DNA from: a virus
Lineage: Duplodnaviria; Caudoviricetes
Reading direction: 5' to 3' (one strand)
Virus record (IMG/VR): IMGVR_UViG_3300030451_001850
Location: 1 to 33,184 of that record
DNA: 33,184 bases
This document shows, one piece after another, positions 10,575 through 19,868 of the stretch. Under the pieces are notes generated by a model. That model saw only the letters and a list, made by a program, of their open reading frames with translations, made no database searches and was not told the origin of the DNA. Numbering within the stretch: the first letter of the stretch is position 1; each line of letters starts with the position of its first letter. Made by a program: the position numbers and the translations under genes.

Positions 10575-11414
10575 CTATTTCTTTAACTCTAATTCAAACA
10601 CACCCTCTGGATCAATAAGAACAGAGTTCATCTGCATTTTATTTAAAATAAAATAGCTATCCTTATCGTTGTGATATTGCATGTTTGAAGAAACATCTGC
10701 ACCAATCGCATGTGCTACTGCATCTGCATGATATGCAAAACATTCCACATGTGTGGTACCAGCTGCTCCAGAACCATTAGTTTGTGTTAAACCACCAAAA
10801 GGCATCCACATAAATCCGAGCCATCTTTTAGCAGTCATCCCTGTTGGAAAAGGTAGATCGTTCTCACCAACATATTCTGCTCTAGAGAATTGATCTATTG
10901 CCATGAGTTGTGACCATTGCTCCCAACCAACAACAACGTATCTTCTTCCATCATCAGGAACTTCGTTGTTACCAAACTTCTCCATAAGCTCTAAAGCCCA
11001 TGTTAAAGTAATACCATTTGAAGTTTCATCATGTGCTGATGTTGTTGTTGTCATCTGAGCAAGTATTAACTCATCTGTTTTCCTACCTAATGCATAAGCA
11101 CCAGACTGTTGTGCGACAGTCATCTCATCGTGATTAATTCTTAACTGATCTAGGTCATCAACCCATTCACCAGCAAAGTAATCTTCGACAGTAACTGACA
11201 CATTAGTGTGTGCAAGATTCATAGGAGCTATATTACCATGTCTTGCTTTAGTGGTAGCAAATCCCTTACCGATCTTCTGAAATGTGGTTTTGTTCTTAAC
11301 ACCATTACGAGTTCTTACTGTATTTCTCAGTTTAGAACCCATACGCTGATAAGCCATATGAACCCCAGCTTCAAACTCCTCGATAAAGGAAGTACTAATT
11401 GATGGTGTAGCCAT
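10575..11414 (-). CDS. Major capsid protein
   Basis: FIEEFEAGVHMAYQRMGSKLRNTV, AYALGRKTD, WLGFMW; strong RBS AAAGGAG; follows scaffold. Confidence 0.9.
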   Translation of the reverse strand: MATPSISTSFIEEFEAGVHMAYQRMGSKLRNTVRTRNGVKNKTTFQKIGKGFATTKARHGNIAPMNLAHTNVSVTVEDYFAGEWVDDLDQLRINHDEMTVAQQSGAYALGRKTDELILAQMTTTTSAHDETSNGITLTWALELMEKFGNNEVPDDGRRYVVVGWEQWSQLMAIDQFSRAEYVGENDLPFPTGMTAKRWLGFMWMPFGGLTQTNGSGAAGTTHVECFAYHADAVAHAIGADVSSNMQYHNDKDSYFILNKMQMNSVLIDPEGVFELELKK

Positions 11415-11562
11415 CGCTATCTCCTTTAAAAAAGTTTAAGTTACATTTTCATCAGTAGGTTATTCGCTTACCTCATCGTTATTGAAGTTAATCCATGCCT
11501 GGGCTTCTTGAGTTGGTTTACGAGCCTTCTATGTATTAATAAAACAAATTAATCTAAGATTG

Positions 11563-12375
11563 TTAATTCACATTAGTTTTTTGTCTTGCTAATTGTGCAG
11601 ACATCTGTCTTACCTTAGCAATATGTGCTGGATCACCACCATTCTTCCAGTACTTCTCATCTGCAATCATGGCTTTAAGATCATCTTGAGTAACTGCTTC
11701 TTGAAACTCTGTAGTATTAACCATATTAAATTTAGGCTGGCCATTAAGTTCCATAAGCTCCTCAAAGCATTTTACCATATCAGCACTAGCTGGAATATTA
11801 GCAAAAGTTTTATATGCATCCTCACTTAGGTGACTATTAGCCCAAGTATCTACTCTTTCTAATCTTCTTTCTGCATGTTCTCCAAGAGCTTGGCTCTCAA
11901 TTGTCCAATCAGGGCCAGACTGTGCAGACATCGTATTATATTCTGCTATGAGTTCATTAAACTCATTATTATCTAATCCATAATCATGTGCTTTAGTTCT
12001 GAACCAATCTAACATTGGATCATCTTCAGCAAAAGCTAGCTCTTGACCATCTTCTGATTTTACTTCGATCTTATAATCAGCTGGACTTATTGGTGCGTTC
12101 TTTTCAGCTTCTTCATTAATTTCTTTAATAAGTTCTTCTTTAATTTCATCACGTCTTGTATGAAATTTTTGCTCCAAACTTTTATAACTTGAAGCCAGTT
12201 GCTCTGGTGTTTCAAACTTGGCATCGAGCCACTCTGGTCTTTCTTGAGTTTGTTCAGTTGTGACTTGATTTTCCTGTCCTTGAGCTTCTTGCTGAGTTTC
12301 TTGGTTTTCTTGCTCAGTTGTTTCTGTATTGGTGCTTTCATTGCTGTTTGTAATTGTTTCTTGCTCATTACTCAT
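11563..12375 (-). CDS. Capsid scaffolding protein
   Basis: Acidic; RPEWLDAKF...LASSYKSLEQK motif; C-terminal DEKYW...DPAH. Confidence 0.85.
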   Translation of the reverse strand: MSNEQETITNSNESTNTETTEQENQETQQEAQGQENQVTTEQTQERPEWLDAKFETPEQLASSYKSLEQKFHTRRDEIKEELIKEINEEAEKNAPISPADYKIEVKSEDGQELAFAEDDPMLDWFRTKAHDYGLDNNEFNELIAEYNTMSAQSGPDWTIESQALGEHAERRLERVDTWANSHLSEDAYKTFANIPASADMVKCFEELMELNGQPKFNMVNTTEFQEAVTQDDLKAMIADEKYWKNGGDPAHIAKVRQMSAQLARQKTNVN

Positions 12376-12390
12376 TGTTTCTCCCTTTAT

Positions 12391-12660
12391 TTAGCAATCC
12401 CACTTCCTTAATGATTTATTTATACGACTATTTGGATCATTTGCAACTTTTTTACTTGTGAGCTTTTTCTTCATACCCATCATTCTTTTGCAGAATGATC
12501 TTCTTCGAGCAGCTGCCTTTGGGCTCCTCTTAGCTTCTTTTGCAGAAACTGGTCGTTTAATATTCTTCCCTTGACGCCTAAGACTTGCACGCCCTTTGGC
12601 ATTGAGTCCTCCTTTAGGATCTTTACCTTCTTTTCGTTGCCAAGCTGGAGTCTTTGCCAT
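12391..12660 (-). CDS. Small basic protein (DUF6321-like)
   Basis: AWQRKEGKDPKGGLNAKGRAS...RRRSFCKRM...SLRKWDC; family recalled, not searched. Confidence 0.7.
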   Translation of the reverse strand: MAKTPAWQRKEGKDPKGGLNAKGRASLRRQGKNIKRPVSAKEAKRSPKAAARRRSFCKRMMGMKKKLTSKKVANDPNSRINKSLRKWDC

Positions 12661-12663
12661 TTC

Positions 12664-12894
12664 CTAAGTCCTCGCATATGTTGGTTTTTTACCACCACTT
12701 GATGGATTTGTAGCTTTCTTTCTAGCTACTGCTTTTTTCTTTTGACTTTTACTCATAGCTCTTGCCTTTGCTGATGGTACACATTTTGGATATCCACGAC
12801 CATCTCCCATCTTTCTACCACATGGAGGATGTTTGCCATCTTTCTTTGTAGATATATCAACCCACTTCTCATTGAACCACTTCTTTAAACTCAT
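12664..12894 (-). CDS. Small basic protein (DUF5872-like, C-terminal half)
   Basis: SLKKWFNEKWVD...CGR...YPKCVP. Confidence 0.65.
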   Translation of the reverse strand: MSLKKWFNEKWVDISTKKDGKHPPCGRKMGDGRGYPKCVPSAKARAMSKSQKKKAVARKKATNPSSGGKKPTYART

Positions 12895-13031
12895 TAAGCG
12901 TACTTACCACCCATCTTCTTATACTGTTGAACAAGCTGGCCTGATGCATATGCACTTGGCCATTTCTTTACTCTGGCTTTTACAATAGCCATTGCTCTTT
13001 TATATAATTTAGGATTTGTTGGTTTCGCCAT
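12894..13031 (-). CDS. Small basic protein (DUF5872-like, N-terminal half), 45 aa
   Basis: Manual ORF MAKPTNPKLYKRAMAIVKARVKKWPSAYASGQLVQQYKKMGGKYA; RBS GGAG; TAATG-coupled to next gene. Confidence 0.75.
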   Translation of the reverse strand: MAKPTNPKLYKRAMAIVKARVKKWPSAYASGQLVQQYKKMGGKYA

Positions 13032-13281
13032 GTTTTCTCCCCATTTCTGTTCTAGCTTTAATCATTGCAACTACCCATCTTTGTCCTTCAAAGTGTGCAA
13101 GACTTTCGATTCCCAATCCAGCACCATGTACATTATTCGTTGTAATGTTTTCAAGGTATTGGAGAAAAGATTTACCAATACCCGTAGAGAATAAAGCATG
13201 GGCTTTACTATTAAGATCAATTTCAACTTCTGTAGGATATTGCCTTCCATCTACTGACTTTACTGCTCTTTCTTTGTTCAT
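13009..13281 (-). CDS. Bbp19-like protein downstream of portal
   Basis: LFSTGIGKSFLQYL...HFEGQRWVV pattern and position. Confidence 0.65.
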   Translation of the reverse strand: MNKERAVKSVDGRQYPTEVEIDLNSKAHALFSTGIGKSFLQYLENITTNNVHGAGLGIESLAHFEGQRWVVAMIKARTEMGRKHGETNKS

Positions 13282-14861
13282 CGTTGCATCCCTTGTTGGT
13301 TCATAAGTTGCATTGCCATTTCAATATTTTGCTGTACTTCGTTTTGTTTTGCAAGCAATGCTTCTTTAATACCAAACTTGGATGCTAAATATTTAATTAC
13401 TTCTTGTTGATTATATAAAGCTGGTGTTATCTCTGGCCCAAAGGTACCAGCAACAGTTTGTTGAAATCTTACAAAGTCTGCAACATCTTGTTGATCTTGA
13501 GCCCTTAACAATGGAGATACTGGAACTATTCTAATATTCCTTCCATCAATCTGTGGAAGCTCAAGTAAACCTTGCTCTTGATATATAGCTACCACTCTTT
13601 CAACCAATGGATGTAAAAATTCTTTTTGCATACGACCAGCTACTGCACCCATATCTCTTGCTACATCAGCAAGTCTTTCAGATACTTCTGTAGCTGATAG
13701 TGGTGTCTTAGCATTCGCCCTTGTATCTAACTCATCTATGAATAATGCTTTTCTTACATTTCTTCTCATATCTTCTAGTATGAGTTGACCAACATCAAAT
13801 CTTGCTGGACTTTGTAATGATTCTAAACTAGAGCCAGGGGATCGTGGTATAAAAGTTCCAGGTTGTATTGTTATATTATCAGGATTAAATACACCATCAT
13901 CATCGTAAACATATGCACCACCTATAGCCATTTCAGCATTTTCTAGTATAAGCTGAACTGTAAGGTTTAATGTTTTGATTGCTGGCATAGCTTGTAGAAC
14001 TGGCCCTCTACCCCATACTTCAAAGCCAGACTTTGACCATCTTGTTGTAATCCAAGGAACAGAACCTCTGCCTTTTAATGTAGCTTTTTGTAAAACTGCT
14101 TTATCTGTTTCAGAGATTAAATAGTATGTGTACTCATCCTTAAACTTATCTTCACTATCATACATAGTTGCTTCAATAAGTTTTGTCTTTCTTCTTGGAT
14201 CACGTTTTTGAGCAGCTTCCATCTCTTTTGTATATTTAGCATTTGGATAGCGTTGTTTGACTTCAGTAATATCACACTCTGTCATCCATCTAAACCAGCT
14301 ATTTACTGTATCCATGGGGCCTGGGAGGAGGGCAAGGTTAGTTGGAGGTACTGCTGTAAAATGTAGGTCACCTACAAAACGACCAGACTCAACAAGCATA
14401 TTCATTGTACCAATGCCTAAGTCTTGCAAGCCCTCATGGAACTCTGCATTAAAATTACTGTTTCTTAATCCTTCATGTAATATTTCAGTTATATTATCTA
14501 ATTCAGAAAGTAAGTCTTTTGTTATTTGTTCAGGAGGATACTCTGGCCCTGGCATCAATGTAAATGCTCTACCATTAGGAGGAAAGAAACCTAACTGTAA
14601 TCTTGAGGCAAAACGAGGCAGTCCTGTTACAGCTGTTTCGTCAAATATGTTTTGTGTTCTTCTTTCACCAGAGAACTCACCATAAAAACTTTCTCTTTGT
14701 GGCATAACGAAATCATATATTTCTTCCCATATATCTGTCCAATTATGCCATTTTCCTAAAGCTCTTTTGTATTGAGTCATGACTTTATTGTAGTCACTAT
14801 CTCCTTTACCACCAGCTTGACCTACTGGGCTTGCATCACCAGTATATTCATCTCTAATCAT
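13278..14861 (-). CDS. Portal (head-tail connector)
   Basis: 527 aa; IFDETA, RWSKSGFEVWGRGP, LSATEVSER, VSPLLRAQ. Confidence 0.92.
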   Translation of the reverse strand: MIRDEYTGDASPVGQAGGKGDSDYNKVMTQYKRALGKWHNWTDIWEEIYDFVMPQRESFYGEFSGERRTQNIFDETAVTGLPRFASRLQLGFFPPNGRAFTLMPGPEYPPEQITKDLLSELDNITEILHEGLRNSNFNAEFHEGLQDLGIGTMNMLVESGRFVGDLHFTAVPPTNLALLPGPMDTVNSWFRWMTECDITEVKQRYPNAKYTKEMEAAQKRDPRRKTKLIEATMYDSEDKFKDEYTYYLISETDKAVLQKATLKGRGSVPWITTRWSKSGFEVWGRGPVLQAMPAIKTLNLTVQLILENAEMAIGGAYVYDDDGVFNPDNITIQPGTFIPRSPGSSLESLQSPARFDVGQLILEDMRRNVRKALFIDELDTRANAKTPLSATEVSERLADVARDMGAVAGRMQKEFLHPLVERVVAIYQEQGLLELPQIDGRNIRIVPVSPLLRAQDQQDVADFVRFQQTVAGTFGPEITPALYNQQEVIKYLASKFGIKEALLAKQNEVQQNIEMAMQLMNQQGMQR

Positions 14862-15088
14862 TTGTCTGAATCACCCATAAATTTTCTTCTATAACCTCCA
14901 AAGCCTTCCATATCTTCTCCTTGCAAAGATTTAGCTCCAAACAGGTTCGATTTTATTTTTCTCTCTCTGTCTAACCTTTGATCTTCTTGCATCTGTTTTT
15001 CCCTTGCCAGTCTTTCTTGCTCTGCCTTTTTTTGAGCTTCTAGAGCTGGATCTGGTGGTGGTGCTGATGGTGTTCTCAGAAAGCCCAT
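14858..15088 (-). CDS. Small virion-associated protein before portal (76 aa)
   Basis: Start reassigned to MGFLRTPSAPPPDP (RBS GGAG); Pro-rich then coiled coil, as usual for pre-portal genes. Confidence 0.6.
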   Translation of the reverse strand: MGFLRTPSAPPPDPALEAQKKAEQERLAREKQMQEDQRLDRERKIKSNLFGAKSLQGEDMEGFGGYRRKFMGDSDK

Positions 15089-15485
15089 GTTCTTCTCCCT
15101 TTTGTTTAAAAATGACTTGTCCACCTCTTTTTAGCAATTCACAATATAATTGATAAGGTGTAAGTATAAAAATATTTCTAATATTACATAAATGCTTCAT
15201 AAAACTAACACAATACAAGAGTCTTGGGAGCCAGATTGGATAAGATGTAGCTTCATATTCTATACATGTACACTCAGATATCATAAAAGCTATCAATTCA
15301 TTAGCATTTTCGCCTTGTAAGGCAATAAAGTTAAATCCTTGAGTCGTAAATTCAATTTTTATCCATTGATCTAGCTCTGGAAAGTACTGAACAGCAAAAG
15401 CATGACTAAATTTAGGATGTTTTTTAGTAAAAAATTTCCAAAATCCTAAATTTGGACTTTCACAAAAGCAAATTATCCATTTCAT
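14931..15485 (-). CDS. Putative permuted papain-like (NlpC/P60-type) hydrolase
   Basis: His-before-Cys order: FSHAF...YCVSF...TPYQLY. Confidence 0.5.
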   Translation of the reverse strand: MKWIICFCESPNLGFWKFFTKKHPKFSHAFAVQYFPELDQWIKIEFTTQGFNFIALQGENANELIAFMISECTCIEYEATSYPIWLPRLLYCVSFMKHLCNIRNIFILTPYQLYCELLKRGGQVIFKQKGEEHGLSENTISTTTRSSSRSSKKGRARKTGKGKTDARRSKVRQREKNKIEPVWS

Positions 15486-17020
15486 AATGCTCTCAAAGAC
15501 CTTCCTCGTTTTCTACTTCTCATTCTATCAAAGGGATTACTTACCCTCTGGACTATGGTAGGGGTTTTTGGTGTGTTTAGACCAATAACAACCTTTTTCC
15601 CCTCTCCACCCCCAAGAAAAGCGTACTGTAGTGCATCATGTATGTGTGAAAACCTATTCTTCTCTGGTTTATCTTCATACTTTTCATTACCCATATAGTA
15701 AATTCTTTTATATTGATAACCTCCCTCGAAGCCAGAGATAAGATTTGTACATGTTGGGGATATAAGTAAAGACGGATAACCCTCTGACATCCTATTAATA
15801 ACACCTTCTACAGCTTCTATGCGAACTGATATATCATTACTTGGAGCTGGATAAGCAGCTATACCACATGCTCTCATTATCATAAAAGGAGTATGTTCAG
15901 ATGTTTGAGCCATTTGATTGCCAGCTGGATCGCCAATAAACTTATAAGTTAGTTTATCCCATTCATTTTTTGCTATTTCTTTTTTAAGATACTCAGCAAA
16001 ACGTGTAGCTCCCATATCTTTGCCAATAACTTCATGGAAAACAATCCATCGACCAGCATGTATATTCTGACAGAATATGGCACTAGGAGTTCTACCAAAA
16101 TCTAAACCAACAATTACATCTACTTCTTTCTTTGGCTCTAAAGATTCTGTAGCAACATGTGTATCTTTTCTAAATGTAGGATAAACTTGTTTACCATCCA
16201 TGATTGTTTGATATTGATTAAGTACATAAACTTTTACCCAACTTGGGGATTTACCTAATATAATTTTATCATAGTATTCTGATTGTAGATTCTGTCTATT
16301 TTCAGAGTGTGGATTAGATACATAACCAACTAGATTGCCATTCTCATCTTTATTTTCTTTCATTGCACCAGCTTGAGAGAAAAAATTCCAGTCATCAGGT
16401 TTTACCATCAGTAACTTTTCTTCTTGAGTTAGGTACTCAGGTATAGGAACTTCTCCACTTACAATACCCCACCAATGAGATTCATCAGGGCTATTGGTAT
16501 CCATAATAACACCATACCAACTTGGGCCACCCTCTCTCATAGATGGAAAACGACCAACTCTCATTGTGCAAGCATCAACTATACTTTTTGATATTTCTCT
16601 TGCTTCATTAATCCATACACCAGTAAGTTCTAAAGATAATAGCTTTTTGACATCTTCAGATTTATCAAGAGCCAGAAATATGACTTCAAGTTCTACTGTA
16701 GTTTCATCAGGTAGAGCAAAACAAACATTATGAGTATAGGGAGGACTCCAAACAAATCTGCCAAGATCATCACTAAACCAATCTCTCCAAGTTTTGATTG
16801 TTGTTGTTTTAAGTTGAGGATTTGTATTTCTGATAACAGCCCATCGACTTCTTCTTACTTTCTGATCATTAGGTTTCTGCTTAATAGCTTTCCTCATGAT
16901 CTCCATGCAACAAGCAACTGATTTACCACTACCAACTGGCCCTCTGATACCACGAACAAAAGAACCATCTTTCATAAAAGATTTAGCAACGACTCCAGGT
17001 GGTTTGTAGTCTAGATTCAT
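15482..17020 (-). CDS. terL: Terminase large subunit
   Basis: Walker A GPVGSGKS, Walker B VWINE, coupling motif DTN, nuclease GLDFG...HIHDALQY. Confidence 0.95.
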   Translation of the reverse strand: MNLDYKPPGVVAKSFMKDGSFVRGIRGPVGSGKSVACCMEIMRKAIKQKPNDQKVRRSRWAVIRNTNPQLKTTTIKTWRDWFSDDLGRFVWSPPYTHNVCFALPDETTVELEVIFLALDKSEDVKKLLSLELTGVWINEAREISKSIVDACTMRVGRFPSMREGGPSWYGVIMDTNSPDESHWWGIVSGEVPIPEYLTQEEKLLMVKPDDWNFFSQAGAMKENKDENGNLVGYVSNPHSENRQNLQSEYYDKIILGKSPSWVKVYVLNQYQTIMDGKQVYPTFRKDTHVATESLEPKKEVDVIVGLDFGRTPSAIFCQNIHAGRWIVFHEVIGKDMGATRFAEYLKKEIAKNEWDKLTYKFIGDPAGNQMAQTSEHTPFMIMRACGIAAYPAPSNDISVRIEAVEGVINRMSEGYPSLLISPTCTNLISGFEGGYQYKRIYYMGNEKYEDKPEKNRFSHIHDALQYAFLGGGEGKKVVIGLNTPKTPTIVQRVSNPFDRMRSRKRGRSLRAL

Positions 17021-17679
17021 CCTAGTAACTGTCTACGTCTTGCTCCACCACCTTGAGATAACAAGCCACGTCTAGCAGCTGCACTTACACCACCAGTTGT
17101 ACTATCTGTTTTATTCTGTGTTTGAATTTGTGATCCACTTGTTCCTACATTTCCAGATTCAGAAGAATTGTCACTACCAGCGACATCTTTCAATGCTTCT
17201 GTTGTGTATCTTTGAGTTTTTCTATCAAACATTACACCAGTACTTCTGCCAATTGGATTATAAGCACTTTCACCAGAAAATCTGCCATCTCTTACAACAC
17301 CACGATATTGACCATCACGATCAAAGACTGCATTACCACCTTTACGAAGTTCACCAGCTTGTTGTCTAAAAGATAAAGTCCTAGCAAAACTAGCTGCTCT
17401 ACCTAAGGGAAACATAGCTTCTCTCATGTTCAGTATTTTGTTGCCACGTTTCTGTCCAGTAAAATCTTCTGTATTAGCTCTTTGCTCTAAATCCATAGCA
17501 AGACTAGCATTATCCCTTACTGTCTTAGCTTCCTGAGAACTTATAGCTAGATCAATCCCTTGAGCTGCTGCTTTTCTTTGCTCAGTATAATTATCAAAGG
17601 CTTTCTGTCTTTCTTTCTTCTGCCTTTGAACTTGAGCATTTTCTATTTCTGATCCACCTGAACTTGATTCACTTCCCAT
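17017..17679 (-). CDS. Hypothetical Gly/Ser-rich protein, possibly virion-associated
   Basis: 220 aa, RBS AGGAG, ends AARRGLLSQGGGARRRQLLG. Confidence 0.6.
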   Translation of the reverse strand: MGSESSSGGSEIENAQVQRQKKERQKAFDNYTEQRKAAAQGIDLAISSQEAKTVRDNASLAMDLEQRANTEDFTGQKRGNKILNMREAMFPLGRAASFARTLSFRQQAGELRKGGNAVFDRDGQYRGVVRDGRFSGESAYNPIGRSTGVMFDRKTQRYTTEALKDVAGSDNSSESGNVGTSGSQIQTQNKTDSTTGGVSAAARRGLLSQGGGARRRQLLG

Positions 17680-17830
17680 ATGTTTCTCCTTAAAATACTT
17701 TCTTAGAGTAAAATTTTTTTTTGATACTTAACATTCACAAGTCTTTCATGTGTGTGGTTTACCCGTTATACACTATACTGCCAGTTTTCTAAGGTACTTC
17801 TGTGTATAACGCTATACATCATGGGGCCCC

Positions 17831-18262
17831 TCAGTCTACGTTAAAATTTATATTTACAGCTGTGTTCGCTTGCCTAGGAGCATCTACACGCATGCCAGCT
17901 CTATCCATCAGGTCTTTACTTGCTTCCAATCGTATGTACGAGGACTTAGCAGTCAGTAGTTCCCTCATAGTTGCCAATGCTTGTGTCGCATCCCATCCCA
18001 GAGTCATCATGCTTAACTTCTGTCTGTACTCTATAACATGTTGTTTTACAATGGTTTTGTACGCCCATGCTTTGTTCCTACCTAACCTCTTACTTGCTTC
18101 TGTTGGGTTGCAACCATCATGCAACATCATGTGGACTAATTCAGCTTGTGCATCAGTTATCTCACTCATTGGTCGTAACGTCTTTGCATTACTCTCAATC
18201 TCATTCATGGGTACTTTGCTTCTGCTGTATCGTTCTTGTTGTATTACGTCTGCTTTGGTCAT
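17831..18262 (-). CDS. terS: Terminase small subunit (probable)
   Basis: HTH-like NPTEASKRLG, IRLEASKDLMDRAG helix, beta tail VNINFNVD; first gene of the late operon. Confidence 0.75.
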   Translation of the reverse strand: MTKADVIQQERYSRSKVPMNEIESNAKTLRPMSEITDAQAELVHMMLHDGCNPTEASKRLGRNKAWAYKTIVKQHVIEYRQKLSMMTLGWDATQALATMRELLTAKSSYIRLEASKDLMDRAGMRVDAPRQANTAVNINFNVD

Positions 18263-18290
18263 ATCCGTGGAATCATCAGGTTACGGAATG

Positions 18291-18320
18291 ATAATACACT
18301 CAAGCCATTTGAGTTGTCAA
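18291..18320 (-). promoter_or_regulatory. Sigma70-type promoter for terS/late operon with palindrome in spacer
   Basis: TTGACA (18320-18315)-N18-TATTAT; ACTCAA-N5-TTGAGT inverted repeat at 18298-18314. Confidence 0.6.
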
Positions 18321-18337
18321 TGCACAGGTGCTAACCA
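18309..18337 (+). promoter_or_regulatory. Possible rightward promoter for the structured region/early operon
   Basis: TTGAGT-N17-TAACCA; weak -10, but same geometry as the pair at 24927-24973. Confidence 0.35.
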
Positions 18338-18344
18338 TTTGTTT

Positions 18345-18955
18345 TTGTTGGAGCTTTTCCAGCTCTATTCGCTAAGGAGTAAACTCCTAACCTCATCGAC
18401 ACGAAGGTGTGTCGACCCAGTCGGGTAACGATCTGGGCTAGGATACTAACTCCAGTCCGTTTTCATAAGCTCTTAGAAATAAACTACATTCTAGTCAGCT
18501 TGGCAGCTTCCTTCCATTCCGTTTATTTTGTTATACAGAACATGCATCGATCTTATGAAAGCCGTTGCTTCGAAAGTATACAAACTTGCTAAGTTTGATC
18601 AAGGCTAATTGTGTCGGCACAGGCCGACTATCATCATCATCATGATTTTCCTACCCCATATTATAATTGTACGTGCAAATTTGATCTAAGTCAGACGTAA
18701 CAGAAAATAGACTGATCGAGTCATATCCCACATCCTGTACTGGTCTATTTTCTCTAAGTCTTCCGTAAGAACAAAGCGTATCTTATCAAGACGATTTTTG
18801 CAAAAAATGAACGTATCCCTGAAGAAGGGACCCTCGTTAATTTTTCACAACAAGGGGGTTCCTAAGAGGTCACCCCAAATCATATTGACAATCTACTTTC
18901 ACACTAAGGGGGTAATACAAATAGGAAAATCATCATGCTGTTGATCTTTTTATTT
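18345..18955 (+). ncRNA. Candidate large structured RNA (or single-stranded DNA element)
   Basis: More than 10 hairpins and nested long-range stems, including 18630-18653/18922-18945 (21 of 24 paired); G-U pairs favour the + strand; no convincing ORF. Confidence 0.55.
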
Positions 18956-18987
18956 TATTAACTTAACTGAAACAAAGGAGCTATATT

Positions 18988-19179
18988 ATGACACAGTTAA
19001 ATTTATTTACATTCAAATCAGTAGAGCCAGAGTCAGACATTGAGAAATTGGCTGGCATGGTTCATGTTGACACAGTTGATATGGACATTATCGACTTGGA
19101 TATACAAACAGCAATCGAGACTGGTGACTACCAAAGGTTGAGCCAGTTGCGTGAAATTAAAAAATCAATTGTAGAATAG
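18988..19179 (+). CDS. Hypothetical acidic early protein
   Basis: 63 aa, RBS AAAGGAG. Confidence 0.75.
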   Translation: MTQLNLFTFKSVEPESDIEKLAGMVHVDTVDMDIIDLDIQTAIETGDYQRLSQLREIKKSIVE

Positions 19180-19188
19180 GAGGAACAT

Positions 19189-19857
19189 ATGACTACATTG
19201 ACAACACTTCAAGACTTAGTTCAGATCCGTGATCAGCTCAATGAGAAACTTGATCTTATTGAGCAACAACGTATCAAGAATGAGAAAGAAAATGAAGCAA
19301 TAACAACGGAGATGTTAGATGAAATCGCTAAACAATTTATACCAAGACCTGATACCAACAAGGCTTTTGAGGACAAGCTGGTCGCAGTTCTCATCTCACT
19401 TGTCAACTTATTTGGTGACGACAGTAACGAGGTTATCATCCAAGCCAAACTTGGAGACCAAGTCACAAGGATGTTTGAGAAGATGGCAGACAATGTTCTC
19501 AACCAAGGTCAAGCACTCAAGAAAGAACTCAAGACCTTGCAACGACAGGATGTCGGTATTGAGATCACTCAGAACCAAGTTGAAGACAAAGTTGAGCAGA
19601 TCAACAAAATGCGATACCAATACAGCATACTCAATTGGTGCTTCAAGGTTTGCAGAGATAAGTTCAGACCTCAAGTCAAGGGCATCACAGGTATCGACTT
19701 TGGTCAGTACACAATGCTCAAAGATATGCCAAAGGTTGTTCACAAGATCAAGCAAGGCAAGAAGTTGACCATCGATACTCTTGTCAATGATCGTGACTTA
19801 TTCATGGACATCAGTAATCAAGAGGGCATCGTTGAAATGCCTGAGGATTTACAGTAA
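19189..19857 (+). CDS. Hypothetical coiled-coil early protein
   Basis: 222 aa, RBS AGGAGG. Confidence 0.8.
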   Translation: MTTLTTLQDLVQIRDQLNEKLDLIEQQRIKNEKENEAITTEMLDEIAKQFIPRPDTNKAFEDKLVAVLISLVNLFGDDSNEVIIQAKLGDQVTRMFEKMADNVLNQGQALKKELKTLQRQDVGIEITQNQVEDKVEQINKMRYQYSILNWCFKVCRDKFRPQVKGITGIDFGQYTMLKDMPKVVHKIKQGKKLTIDTLVNDRDLFMDISNQEGIVEMPEDLQ

Positions 19858-19868
19858 CTTCATCAACA

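Noticed and set aside
17802-18592. ORFs 17802-18428, 18067-18291 and 18407-18592
   Set aside because: Antisense to terS or crossing the hairpin-rich region, with weak starts and no RBS
18629-18643. (TCA)n microsatellite as a phase-variable repeat
   Set aside because: Non-coding and better explained as one arm of the long-range inverted repeat
18885-18913. Perfect TTGACA upstream of the first early gene
   Set aside because: No plausible -10 at 16-18 nt spacing (GGGGGT)
19319-19768. 149-aa alternative-frame ORF inside the 222-aa gene
   Set aside because: Ser/Arg-rich composition expected from a shifted frame of a codon-biased gene
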